Assembly (NCBI GenBank): GCA_963665115.1
Contig: OY762007.1
Location: forward strand, 7,104,001-7,168,000
Direction of reading: 5' to 3'
Length of the DNA stretch: 64,000 nt
From: an uncultured Rivularia sp.
Lineage (GTDB): Bacteria; Cyanobacteriota; Cyanobacteriia; Cyanobacteriales; Nostocaceae
Shown here: in pieces, positions 54,130 through 64,000 of the stretch
Layout: each line of letters begins with the position of its first letter
How positions within the stretch are numbered: the first letter of the stretch is position 1
The notes under the pieces: model-generated
What the model was told of the DNA's origin: nothing
What the model saw: only the letters and a program-made list of their open reading frames with translations
The model's database searches: none
Made by a program: the position numbers and the translations under genes

Positions 54130-54573
54130 CTATCCCCGATTCTTTATAAACATCACTTCGATGATTTTTTGACCTACTTCACTGCGAATACGTAAAGCTT
54201 GATACAACTCAGTCAAAAAGTCTTCTTCTTCGGCAAGGATACCATCAGCCAAAACCAAATCCGTCGCGATCGCAAAGGCTGCTTCTCTTAAATCTTCCTG
54301 CATAGAATCTTTTGCAGCATCAAATAAACTATTTACACCTTCGTGTCTAATAATACCTGACAATTCGTCAAGCATTGACTGCATCTCATCTTTAGAGTGG
54401 CTGTTTAATACCTTTAGATTAGATAACGCTTCATAAATATCGCTTGCTTGTTTCTGTGAAGGATTACCGTCTGAAGCAAGTGCAATTAAAGCGATAGAAG
54501 TGAAAGCTTCTGCCTGACTGAGTGCATTTTGTACTCTACTTTGAGAACCGGATGCTCTATCAAATAGACTCAT
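54130..54573 (-). CDS. TerB family (tellurite-resistance-like) protein
   Basis: AEAF..I....LASDG and LREAAFA.ATDLVLADG....EE.FL. Confidence 0.85.
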   Translation of the reverse strand: MSLFDRASGSQSRVQNALSQAEAFTSIALIALASDGNPSQKQASDIYEALSNLKVLNSHSKDEMQSMLDELSGIIRHEGVNSLFDAAKDSMQEDLREAAFAIATDLVLADGILAEEEDFLTELYQALRIRSEVGQKIIEVMFIKNRG

Positions 54574-54744
54574 TACAACTTATTCCTTAAATAAGGTCTT
54601 AATGGTAGTGTATATACTTAATATTTTCTTTTTTAAGTAAATAAAGTTACCAAAACCGTGTATAAGTATAGTGTTCCCAAGATTAGTTAAAAGCGAACAC
54701 TTGCACTCAGTTTTTTTGATATAAAATTATTCTTTTTCCGTAGT

Positions 54745-54906
54745 TTATCGGAAATGGTTAGGATAAGGATTGCCTGGGGTTTCTTTCTCGATTGTCTCGA
54801 CAACCGCCAAACCGATACCAGATACCGTAAGTAGTAACATTATTGAAGCTAAGAAAGCTTTTACAAATATGTATAGGGCTTCATCAAAGAAAATGTAGGT
54901 GGTCAT
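54745..54906 (-). CDS. Small single-TM hypothetical protein (53 aa)
   Basis: Manual translation MTTYIFFDEALYIFVKAFLASIMLLLTVSGIGLAVVETIEKETPGNPYPNHFR*; below ORF-track cutoff. Confidence 0.5.
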   Translation of the reverse strand: MTTYIFFDEALYIFVKAFLASIMLLLTVSGIGLAVVETIEKETPGNPYPNHFR

Positions 54907-55345
54907 AACTTATATACCTGAACTCTGTAGTAACTAGCTAGCGCTATTAAATTCTCCAAGATGGAAGCATTGTATTTCCGCCAAGAACACGCGCTTTCTT
55001 GTTATCTTAACAAAACTTTAGCTTTCCAAGTGCTACCGTTATAACATTTTGCTTTTACGTTCATACAACCTTTATATAAATATGAATTAAGGCTCGTTTT
55101 ATCGAAATGTAATTGTCTAATAATATTGTTATCAAGTTAGATAAAAATATAATTAAGTATCGGTGAACATCAGTAATTTTGGTTACATCAGCATCATGCT
55201 ATTAAATTGAACTGTTAATTATTTTTTATATGCTCTTTGACAGTCTTTAAAAGAAACAGCAAGCAGGGAGCAGCGAATGGAAAAGCAAAACAGACTGTTT
55301 TTTTCAGATACAAGTATTGCGATCTAAAATTTTGGAGTATAAAAA

Positions 55346-55927
55346 ATGGATTTAGCTAAAGACCTAATTAGTAAAATATTTCAAGAACGGGTGCAAGCAA
55401 ATCGTCTTTTATTAGATATAAAAATAGAGTGCAATCGGATTTTTCTGAAATCCATATCGCTGGCATATAAAAAACCGATTTTCGAGACTTTTACAGAAGA
55501 AATTACGACGTATATGTATCCTCGTCCACCTAAAAATACAGCCGAAGCAGCATCATTTATCAAAAATTCTTTAGAAGGAATGAAAAACGAACATGAATTA
55601 GTACTCGTAATTTTAAAGAAAGATTCTCAAGAATTTTTAGGTTGTGCTGGAATTCATCGCATCAATAGCAAGCACCCAGAATTTGGTATTTGGTTGAAAA
55701 AGACAGCCCATCGTAACGGTTATGGCTTAGAAACAATTACAGCTATGAAAAACTGGTGTGAAGAAAATTTAGATTGCGAATATTTTACTTACCCAGTGGA
55801 TGAAGAGAATTATCCCAGTCGCAGAATACCAGAAAAATTGGGTGGGCAAGTTGTGAGAAATTATCAAAAGAGAAACTTAAGCGGTAGACTGTTAAATCTG
55901 CTTGAATACAAGATACCAAAAGGTTAA
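55346..55927 (+). CDS. GNAT (RimJ/RimL-like) acetyltransferase
   Basis: FLGCAG, EFGIW, H.NGYG.E, N..SRRI.EKLG. Confidence 0.85.
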   Translation: MDLAKDLISKIFQERVQANRLLLDIKIECNRIFLKSISLAYKKPIFETFTEEITTYMYPRPPKNTAEAASFIKNSLEGMKNEHELVLVILKKDSQEFLGCAGIHRINSKHPEFGIWLKKTAHRNGYGLETITAMKNWCEENLDCEYFTYPVDEENYPSRRIPEKLGGQVVRNYQKRNLSGRLLNLLEYKIPKG

Positions 55928-55991
55928 AGGTCAAAGGTTAAAAACTCATAACTCCTAACTCCTAATTCCTTTCTCCAATATCCCCATCTCC

Positions 55992-56364
55992 TTAAGAGCG
56001 CGAAAGAACTAATAGAAAACATATTAATAGCAAGCCAAATATCATTAATAAACCTTGATTGCGTCTTATCCAATTATTGATACTTACATTTAAGCTGGGT
56101 TTTTGATTTTGAGAAAGCAGTTCTAAATTGCGTTCTTCTTCGTTTTGATAAAGAGTACATTCTTTAGCGTAGGGACGTTTGGGATAATTACAAGTATCGT
56201 CAATATGATAAGTACAGGTTTCGCAAAGATACTCATCCCCCTCAGCCCGATGTAATGGAATACCGGGATGTCCGTAAGCTTTAAGCTCAGTACGACAATA
56301 AGGGACAGGTCACAGCCTGAGAGTTTATAGTTTGTTTGCAGCGAGGGCAAGTTGCAGTGTCCAC
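55992..56364 (-). CDS. Zinc-ribbon membrane protein (three apparent +1 homopolymer frameshifts)
   Basis: Reconstructed CPRC...CPYC..ELKAYGHPGIPLH...LCETC.YH.DDTCNYPKRP.A.EC.LY plus C-terminal TM helix. Confidence 0.7.
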
Positions 56365-56434
56365 AGCCGATACCTTCAGGTAATGGTTGAATATTCCGAT
56401 TTTAACCGAACAATGAACGGTTAAGAGAGTTAGG

Positions 56435-56535
56435 AATTACCAATTACCAATTACCAATTACCAATTACCAATTACCAATTACCAATTACCAATTACCAAT
56501 TACCAATTACCAATTACCAATCCCCAATCCCCAAT
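56435..56535. repeat. STRR tract (AATTACC)12 + (AATCCCC)2
   Basis: Twelve perfect heptamers at 56435-56518. Confidence 0.95.
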
Positions 56536-57338
56536 TAATTATTCTTCATTTCCCGAATCTCTGCCCTCAATGCTTTGATTTCTTCATGTAAAGCAGTAAT
56601 AGATTGAGAACTGGCTAATGATGCTTCTTCATCTTCCGCGTCTCTACCGATGAAAAATGTAGCTATTGCTGCTGTAAAATAACCAAATACTGTAAAGGCA
56701 TAGAGAGCTAAGATAAAACACAATACTCTTCCTTCGGGGGTTTGCGGGGAATAATCGCCTCCGTAAGTTATCATCAACATTGCCGTCCACCACAAAGCAT
56801 TTGTGTAACTTTGGATTCCTTCTCCGTCGGGGAGATTGCTTTCAAATGCATAGATTCCCGCAGCCCCAACGAAGGTGACAATTAAGGTAAGTCCTAAAAC
56901 ATAACCAAGGTTTCGCCGACTCATAGTAACTCTTAAGGCTCGCATTCCCCTATTGAGGGAGCCGACTATCCGCAATAATCGCAGGGAACGTGTAGCGCGA
57001 GCAACTCTTGCTAAACGCAAAACTCGCACAAATCGGAAAATTCTTAATGCTGGAAGTAACAGGGAAATTCCTATCAGCCAGTTATTTTTTAAATACTTAA
57101 GTTTTCGTGGAGATATGCTAAAGCGTAAAATAAAATCAAAAATAAATAAAATCCAAATTGTTGTAGAAACAGCTTCTAAAAAGGGGTTTGTCCCCTGAAT
57201 CAGTTCGATGACTAATAGCGCCAGCCATACAAAACCCAGCACTACCATCGGCATTTCTAACCAGTCATCGAGTTGTTGAACAAAATCAGTTAATTCTCTT
57301 TCTAGCTCGGATTTTTCTGTTTGATTAATTTGTGACAT
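56535..57338 (-). CDS. Voltage-gated-type potassium channel / ion transport protein
   Basis: Arg-rich S4 (LRIFRFVRVLRLAR), pore helix ALWW...ITYGGD.PQT.EGR. Confidence 0.85.
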   Translation of the reverse strand: MSQINQTEKSELERELTDFVQQLDDWLEMPMVVLGFVWLALLVIELIQGTNPFLEAVSTTIWILFIFDFILRFSISPRKLKYLKNNWLIGISLLLPALRIFRFVRVLRLARVARATRSLRLLRIVGSLNRGMRALRVTMSRRNLGYVLGLTLIVTFVGAAGIYAFESNLPDGEGIQSYTNALWWTAMLMITYGGDYSPQTPEGRVLCFILALYAFTVFGYFTAAIATFFIGRDAEDEEASLASSQSITALHEEIKALRAEIREMKNN

Positions 57339-57475
57339 CGGTTGGTGCGTAAATAAACTTACAATTATTCCTCAAGAAAGCAATACAAACACCCTTGGGA
57401 AGATGCCTTTAGATAGATATTTTTAGTATGAATGAGTGATATGAAAAGCCACATCCCGCTACAAGGAGAATTTTA

Positions 57476-58405
57476 ATGAGTTTAAAGCAGATTTGGAGGT
57501 TATTAAAAGAAACTTTTAAAGAATGGAATGATGATAATGCCTCTCGATTGGCTGCTGCTTTGTCGTATTACACGATCTTTTCTTTAGCACCTTTGTTAAT
57601 TATTGCCATTGCGATCGCGGGTGCGGTTTTTGGAGATGAAGCTGCTAAGGGTGAGATTGTTAAACAAATACAGGGTTTGGTGGGTAAGGATGGCGCAGAA
57701 GTAATTCAAACGGCTCTAGAAAATGCTCAAAAACCAGATACGCGCAATATCGCTTCAATCATCAGTATCGGGGTTTTGTTATTTGGTGCGAGTAATGTTT
57801 TTGCTCAAATTCAAGATGCGCTCAACACAATTTGGGAAGTAGAGCCGAAGCCAGGAAGGAGTATTTTACAAACGCTTCGCAAACGTTTTTTATCTTTTGC
57901 AATGGTTGGTGGTGTAGGCTTTCTATTACTGGTGTCGCTGATTCTCAATGCTGTTTTAGCTGGAATGGTTAACTACTTTGGCAGTTTAATTCCGGGTTTT
58001 GATTTCTTGTGGCAATTTGCTAACTTTGCAATTTCTTTTGCAGTTATCACTTTACTGTTCGCTTTAATCTACAAAGTAATGCCAGATGTCAAAATAGCTT
58101 GGAGCGATGTCTGGATTGGCTCGGCGATGACTTCATTATTATTCGTAATTGGGAAATCGCTCTTAGGTTTATATTTAGGTAACGGTAGTTTCGGTTCGGC
58201 TTATGGTGCTGCGGGTTCGTTGATAGTTCTTCTTGCTTGGATTAACTACGCTGCTCAAATCATTTTCTTTGGTGCTGAGTTTACCCAAGTTTATGCGACT
58301 AAATATGGCTCTCGCATCGTTCCAGACGAAAATTCAAGAAGAGTACCTCAAGCAGATAGAGCAAACCAAGGAATGAAGCGGAAAAATTCTCCTCGAAATA
58401 ATTAA
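57476..58405 (+). CDS. YihY/BrkB (virulence factor) family membrane protein
   Basis: AAALSYYTIFSLAP, LNTIW, YGAAGS...L.W..Y...I.FFGAE. Confidence 0.92.
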   Translation: MSLKQIWRLLKETFKEWNDDNASRLAAALSYYTIFSLAPLLIIAIAIAGAVFGDEAAKGEIVKQIQGLVGKDGAEVIQTALENAQKPDTRNIASIISIGVLLFGASNVFAQIQDALNTIWEVEPKPGRSILQTLRKRFLSFAMVGGVGFLLLVSLILNAVLAGMVNYFGSLIPGFDFLWQFANFAISFAVITLLFALIYKVMPDVKIAWSDVWIGSAMTSLLFVIGKSLLGLYLGNGSFGSAYGAAGSLIVLLAWINYAAQIIFFGAEFTQVYATKYGSRIVPDENSRRVPQADRANQGMKRKNSPRNN

Positions 58406-58422
58406 GTTGTTCTCGAATAAAT

Positions 58423-58754
58423 TGTAGTGGGAGCGTCTCGCTCCCTGGTAGAAGCTAGCGAGCAAGATGCTCGCACTCCCGGAACCCTAAACCCTACAAA
58501 ACTTATGTGGCGCAATAGTAGTAGTCGATTGCATAAATTCTGATGGGTGTATAGAAAAAATAAAAGATTATTCTACCCCCTCTACCCTCTCTTCCCCCTC
58601 TTCCCCCTCCCCATCTTTACCCGTCAAAACAAATGAAAAGGACTAGTAGTAGTTGATTGCATAAATTCTGAAGGCTTCGTTTTTCCCGTAACCTTCGGGA
58701 GACGTTATGTATAACGTCTCTACAACCCCTCAGAATTTATGCAAAGGACTACTA
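58423..58754. mobile_element. Second tandem stack of three MITE-like shells
   Basis: Units ~58423-58520, ~58517-58648 and ~58645-58754; the last is an inverted near-copy of 53706-53813. Confidence 0.75.
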
Positions 58755-59227
58755 TAAACCCGGTTTTTTCAAAAAACCAGGTTTCTCTGCATCTTAAATT
58801 ATTAACAAAAATTCTCATACAAACTTCTTCTCTAATTTCTCATTTTTCTCAGATAACTCTTACCAAAGCCTCAGTTAGAAATCATTAGCGATTCAGAGTC
58901 ATGCTCCATAGTTGATAACAACAACTTAGAGATGTGCATAAATCATTTGCATTCATCCCTAATTAATTAATGTTCCTACAAATCAATCAAAATCAACTTT
59001 GGAGATATTAAATCATGGATTTTATTAAAAACTGGGTTTTGTTCGTATTTATCTACTTTGCAATTTTATTTAGTGTTGATAAAGGTACAGCTAACGAGTT
59101 TTTTGAATATATATTTGTTTATGACTAAATTTTATAGAGACGCGGGATTAAATTTTGCGTCTTTAATATTGAATTATAAAATGATAAATATTTATGATGC
59201 GTTGCACTCTGCAACAATAACAGACAA

Positions 59228-59827
59228 TTATTTATCTTCAACACACCAATATAAAATTCCGATTAGTTTTCCTAAAGGATAGGTAGAAATCAAATTTAAA
59301 TTTATTTCAATCCTATTGTCTTTCAACCTAATAAATTGCCATTCTCTACCATTTGTTACCGTTCCGTATACATAGCTATCAAAGTTATTATTATATATTT
59401 GTGCAGCTACAAGCTCTGCTATGCATTGACCTAAACCCGACTTTATATTGCTTTCTTTAACTTCTACTACAAATAATATCGGCTTTTCTATATATAAACT
59501 TTGTTGGGTTTGGGAAAATATAAAGTCGCAAATTCCACTTAAATTTTTATTTACATCAACATCGAATCTTTGTCCTGAGAAAAAAGTTACATTGTGATTA
59601 AATTTATTTTTAACCTCAAGAAGTATAGGAGCAATTATAAATTCTGATTCTGCTTTTTCCGTACCTAAAGACAAAGCAAAGTTATAGGAATTATTCAAAT
59701 ATTCATCGATATATTTACTCGGTTGAAGAATCTTAATATCAGAATTATTAGAAATAAATTCAACCTGTTGAAGTTTTAAATCAAATTCTCTTATAACTCG
59801 TTCTATTGTAAATTTTGAATAACTCAT
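59228..59827 (-). CDS. PD-(D/E)xK restriction-endonuclease-like hypothetical protein
   Basis: TEKA.SEFIIAPIL, LSG.CDF, VVEVK, GLGQC.AE..AAQ, G.VT.G..W.F; very AT-rich. Confidence 0.75.
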   Translation of the reverse strand: MSYSKFTIERVIREFDLKLQQVEFISNNSDIKILQPSKYIDEYLNNSYNFALSLGTEKAESEFIIAPILLEVKNKFNHNVTFFSGQRFDVDVNKNLSGICDFIFSQTQQSLYIEKPILFVVEVKESNIKSGLGQCIAELVAAQIYNNNFDSYVYGTVTNGREWQFIRLKDNRIEINLNLISTYPLGKLIGILYWCVEDK

Positions 59828-59840
59828 AATGTGCAGAATA

Positions 59841-59950
59841 ATTTTAATCCCTAAGAGGGATTAGTAGAAGTTTCACTTACTTCATCTTTAATAAAACTCC
59901 CGCTAACTGCCTGGTTTCAATCCCTAATAAGGATTAGTAGAAGTTTCAAC
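59841..59950 (-). CRISPR. Orphan mini CRISPR array: 2 repeats, one 37-nt spacer (type I-D-like repeat)
   Basis: Repeat 59914-59950 (minus: GTTGAAACTTCTACTAATCCTTATTAGGGATTGAAAC, 37 nt), degenerate repeat 59841-59876, spacer 59877-59913; ATTGAAAC 3' handle. Confidence 0.8.
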
Positions 59951-60095
59951 CTAGAGTTTGAAAGCCTTTGCATATAGAGTTTTCAAGGTTCGGTTGCGCG
60001 GATGGGGCAATCATAACACATCAAATAGCGATCGCCCTTCTGCAAAAAATATGAAACTCTGTGTGTACAGGGTTCGCGGATAGAGCCTACCATCC
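59951..60095 (-). promoter_or_regulatory. Putative CRISPR leader
   Basis: Abuts the intact repeat; TGAAAGCCTTTG...TTTTCA pseudo-palindrome and two CGCGGAT boxes resembling cyanobacterial I-D leaders as recalled. Confidence 0.6.
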
Positions 60096-60108
60096 GCTAA
60101 CAATTGCT

Positions 60109-60657
60109 TTACTTTAAATAAGGACGAGCTAACATGAAACTCGAAATTGATTTAGAATCAACTGGCTCTCCTTCTAAAATCGCTTTCTCTAACTCTTCGG
60201 GAGTGAAAAATAAAACTTCTATATCTTCATCTTCATCTAAGTCGGGCGGTGCTTCCAATTTTTCTAAATCTTCGGCTAGATATGCGTAGATAATTTCGTC
60301 CGAATAGCCCGGAGCTAAAGCAAATTTTCCTAAATTCTGCCATTTGCCAGCACGATAACCTGTTTCTTCCTGTATTTCTCGTTGAATTGTCTCAAAAGGG
60401 CTTTCGTTTTCTTCTATTGTACCGGCTGGAAATTCCAATAATCTTCCGCCAACTGCAAAACGATACTGACGTAAAAGGATTAATTTACCTTCAGATGTTA
60501 CGGGTACGGCTAAAGCACCACCAGGATGACGAATACATTCCCAGTCTCCTTGCGAGTTATTAGGTAAACGCAAGCGATTTACTTCAAAATTAAATTTTCG
60601 CCCTTCGTAAAACAAACGCTGCTTTAATAGCTGCGGCAACTCTCTATCTAATGGCAT
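60109..60657 (-). CDS. NUDIX hydrolase (ADP-ribose pyrophosphatase-like)
   Basis: RQYR, EFPAG...E......REIQEETGY Nudix box. Confidence 0.92.
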   Translation of the reverse strand: MPLDRELPQLLKQRLFYEGRKFNFEVNRLRLPNNSQGDWECIRHPGGALAVPVTSEGKLILLRQYRFAVGGRLLEFPAGTIEENESPFETIQREIQEETGYRAGKWQNLGKFALAPGYSDEIIYAYLAEDLEKLEAPPDLDEDEDIEVLFFTPEELEKAILEGEPVDSKSISSFMLARPYLK

Positions 60658-60827
60658 ACTAATCGTTTGATTCGGTTCAACAACTAATCAATTCAACTTT
60701 GTTATAGTTAGTTACCGTCTCTGAACGGATACAGAAATTTTAAATTAAAAACACAACTCCGACTCTAGGACGAAGATAATCAAAATTTAAAATCTAAAAT
60801 TGATTTGACGGTAATATTAATTATCTG

Positions 60828-61346
60828 TTAATTGTCTGTTAATAAATATACACCCGAACAGTCCACTTGTTTAACTAGTTCTTTAATCGCACATTTGCTA
60901 ACCGGCTCTATCCAATCTGGAGCTATTTCGGCTAAAGGAACTAGTACAAAAGCCCGCTGTGTCATTCGGGGATGGGGAATTTGTAGAGGTGGGGTATCTA
61001 ATATTAAGTCATCGTATAATAACAAATCTAAATCTAAAGTCCGCGCTCCCCAACGTTCTTTTCGTTCGCGTCCAAATTGATTTTCTATTTCTAATAAAAT
61101 TTTTAACAGCTTCAAAGGTTCGAGATCGACAGATAACTTAATGCAACCGTTTAAATAATCTGGTTGTGGAGGGCCAACGGCTTTGGTTCTATACCAATTA
61201 GATTTTATCCTATATGTAATACCCGGTACTTTATGTAGAGTTTTTACAACTGTATCTAAAATTGTCAGTGAATCCCCTATATTACTACCAAGGGCAATAA
61301 CGCTATCATGCAATATAATATATCTCCTGAATACAAACAATTGCAA
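60828..61346 (-). CDS. folK: 2-amino-4-hydroxy-6-hydroxymethyldihydropteridine diphosphokinase
   Basis: IALGSN.G, QPDYLN, E...GR.R...WG.RTLDLD, PHPRM..R.FVL.PL; exact start uncertain. Confidence 0.95.
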   Translation of the reverse strand: MQLFVFRRYIILHDSVIALGSNIGDSLTILDTVVKTLHKVPGITYRIKSNWYRTKAVGPPQPDYLNGCIKLSVDLEPLKLLKILLEIENQFGRERKERWGARTLDLDLLLYDDLILDTPPLQIPHPRMTQRAFVLVPLAEIAPDWIEPVSKCAIKELVKQVDCSGVYLLTDN

Positions 61347-61549
61347 AACATTATGATAAATTAGTTGATATTACGGATAAAAATGTGTTGTGAGATACAA
61401 AACTTTGTAAGAAAATCTAAAGAAAAACTTGTAAAGAGTGAATCTATTTAAATATTTATTAGGATATTATACTAACACGAGTATGGGGCAACAATCTGGA
61501 ACGCTTTTCGTGGTGGTTAGGCTGCAATTAATCGAAGGGAGGAACTAAC

Positions 61550-64000
61550 GTGGCGAAGTTTACCTCTTGGTTCAAGCAAAGAGCAAATAGCTTGAGTAAC
61601 GGACTTAAGAATAATTCAAGTTCAAAATCGGATCGAGTTGATAAGAATTCGGAAAAAATTACGCAAGAAACACTCCCAAGCGAGTTGGTGGGAGCGAGAC
61701 AAGACGGAGAAGATTTGCAAGATTCACAGTTAATTACTAGAAAATTGTCGCCTCCTCCTCATTGGGTTGAGGTACAGCGCGATTCGGAATCAACTGAAGA
61801 ATCAACAGAGTCAACTCCAAATACTTTAAAGGGGAAAGCGAAGTTATTTTTAGGTAATACCAAGCACTTTTTAGGTGAAGCGAAAAAAGTTTCAACCAAG
61901 GTGCTTGATAAACTTCCCGGCAAGGGAAAACCGCTTTATCGTCGCTACTGGTTTTTGACTACTTTAGGTGTCAGTGGCGGGATAATGGCATTTAGTTATG
62001 GTGTATGGTCGATAGATAAAACTTTACCTTCCAAAGACCAATTAAGTGCTGCTGCCAGAGAAAAGACTTTGACAATTAAAGCTGGTAACGGCGAAATTTT
62101 GTATCAGCAAGGGGAAGCAACAAGGGAAAAGCTGAAAATAAAGCAGATTCCTGATAAATTGCAAAAAGCTTTTATTGCTTCGGAAGACAGAAGATTTAAG
62201 GAACATAGCGGTATTGATGCCAAAGGAATCTTGCGGGCTGCTACTAGTAACTTGCGATCGCAAGATGTGGTGCAAGGTGGAAGTACCATCACGCAACAGT
62301 TAGCGCGAATTCTATTTCTGAATCGCAATAAAACGGTAAATCGCAAACTGCAAGAAGTACGTTTGGCTCAGAAATTAGAGGAAGAGTTAACTAAAGACGA
62401 GATTTTAGAGCGGTATTTAAATCTAATATATTTAGGTTCCGGTGCTTATGGTGTAGCGGATGCGGCTTGGGTTTATTTTTCTAAGCCAGTAGGTGACTTA
62501 ACTTTGAGCGAAATGGCAACAATCGCCGGTTTGGCTCCCGCTCCCAATGTGTTCTCACCTGCGGAAAATCCAGAAGCTGCCAAACAGCGGCGCAATTTAG
62601 TATTACAACGGATGCTAGAAGATGGATTTATTACAGCAGCCGAGAAACAAAAGGCAGTATCCGAACCTTTAACTGTTAAAACTAGTTTGCCCAAAAGATA
62701 CAAAGTACAAGCGCCGTATTTTATCACCTATATTCAAAAAGAATTACCCAAATACGTAGAAAAAGATGTATTAGATGCCGGAGGATTGGTAGTAGAAACT
62801 ACTTTAAATCCAACTTGGCAGAAAGAAGCAGAGGAAGCAGTAGATAAAACCTTACGTAAGCAAGGGCGCTGGCAGCGATTTAAACAAGCTGCAATGGTTT
62901 CTATAGATCCCCGCAACGGCGAAATTAAAGCAATGGTTGGCGGTAAGGACTTTGGTAAAAACAAGTTTAATCGCGTAACCCAAGCCCAAAGGCAACCAGG
63001 TTCTACATTCAAAGGATTTGTTTACGCAGCAGCAGTAGCAGCTGGAAAAAGCCCCCTTGACGGTTATTTGGATGCGCCAATAGTAGTTGATGGTTATGAA
63101 CCCAAAAACTATGATGAAGGCTTCCGGGGCTGGATAAACATGAGAGATGCTCTCACCAGATCGATTAATATTGTCGCGGTGAGAATATTAATGAAAGTAG
63201 GATACCAGCCAACCATTGACTTAGCGCAGAAAATGGGAATTGAATCCGAAATCAAACCCGTTATTTCTATGGCTCTTGGTTCCAATGAAGTTAACTTATT
63301 AGAATTAACTAGCGCTTACGGTACCTTTGCCAACAAGGGAATGCACATAAAACCTCACGGTATTACCCGCGTTCTCAGTCGTAACGACGATGTAGTTTGG
63401 TCGGCGGATTTTAAAGGAAAACGAGCATTAGATGCTGATAGCTCGGCGATTACAACCTGGATGTTGCGGAACGTAGTCACATCCGGAACCGCTACCCGCG
63501 CTCAAATAGGTCGTCCCGCAGCAGGTAAAACGGGCACCACCGATGAAGCCAGGGATTTATGGTTTGTTGGTTTTATTCCTCAATTAGTAACAGGTGTATG
63601 GTTGGGCAACGATAACAACAAACCCACCAACGGCGACAGCACCACCGCCGCTTATACTTGGCGACAGTTTATGAAACAAGCCACCGATGGAATGCCCGTC
63701 GAGAAGTTTCCCGAACGACCCTAAGTTAACCGGAAGAAAAGCCAGCATTAAAGTAAAGCCAATTAAAGCTGTACGAATTATTAACAAGCCAATACCTAAA
63801 GCAGGCGATTCCGACGACGATACAGCAACTACAACTAATAGAAATTCTTCACGACGCAGAAGTACAAGAAGAAGGAGAAGAAGTACTACTACTAATAGTT
63901 CTACAAGTGGTAGCAATCGTCGTAGAAGAAGCAGAAGAACTCGTCGTAGAAGAAGCACTTCTCAAACCCAACAAAAATCGACTACTAGGACGCGCCGTCG
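61550..64000 (+). CDS. Class A penicillin-binding protein (PBP1A), apparent frameshift ~63720, runs off window
   Basis: SED.RF..H.G, GGSTITQQL, RK..E, YLN.IY.G, RQPGSTFK, SIN, GKTGT; removing one C continues into an Arg/Ser-rich tail. Confidence 0.93.

Noticed and set aside
56435..56535. Tandem repeat as CRISPR
   Set aside because: 7-bp units without spacers.
63584..63958. Minus-strand Leu/Val-rich ORF and other short antisense ORFs in the track
   Set aside because: Shadows of well-supported genes on the opposite strand; this one mirrors the Arg/Ser-rich PBP1A tail.

Overview
AT-rich chromosomal segment of a filamentous, probably heterocystous cyanobacterium (Nostocales/Rivulariaceae-like). 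This assignment is inferred from frequent HIP1 GCGATCGC sites, STRR heptamer tracts, sodN/sodX, the panC-cmk fusion and an HstK-type kinase. Most genes are housekeeping: purM, sodN/X, panC-cmk, rlpA, nupC, gcvTHP, mrdA, potADB, murF, folK, PBP1A, a porin and a GH65-pgmB fusion. A small accessory patch lies at about 20-25 kb (VapBC, REase-like genes, pseudogenes). Highlights: (1) a complete IS66-family element (24-bp TIRs, exact 8-bp TSD) whose 422-bp 3' non-coding end holds a long minus-strand-specific stem-loop with two 11-nt bulges and a possible terminator/antiterminator switch; (2) a cytochrome c6 apparently converted to a lipid-anchored, linker-tethered protein; (3) tandem stacks of modular MITE-like shells with interchangeable arms and variable cargo; (4) an orphan leader plus 2-repeat CRISPR mini-array abutting a nuclease-like gene. 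Many single-base indels in homopolymers split conserved genes and are most likely sequencing/assembly errors. All calls are by eye; no searches or folding programs were run.
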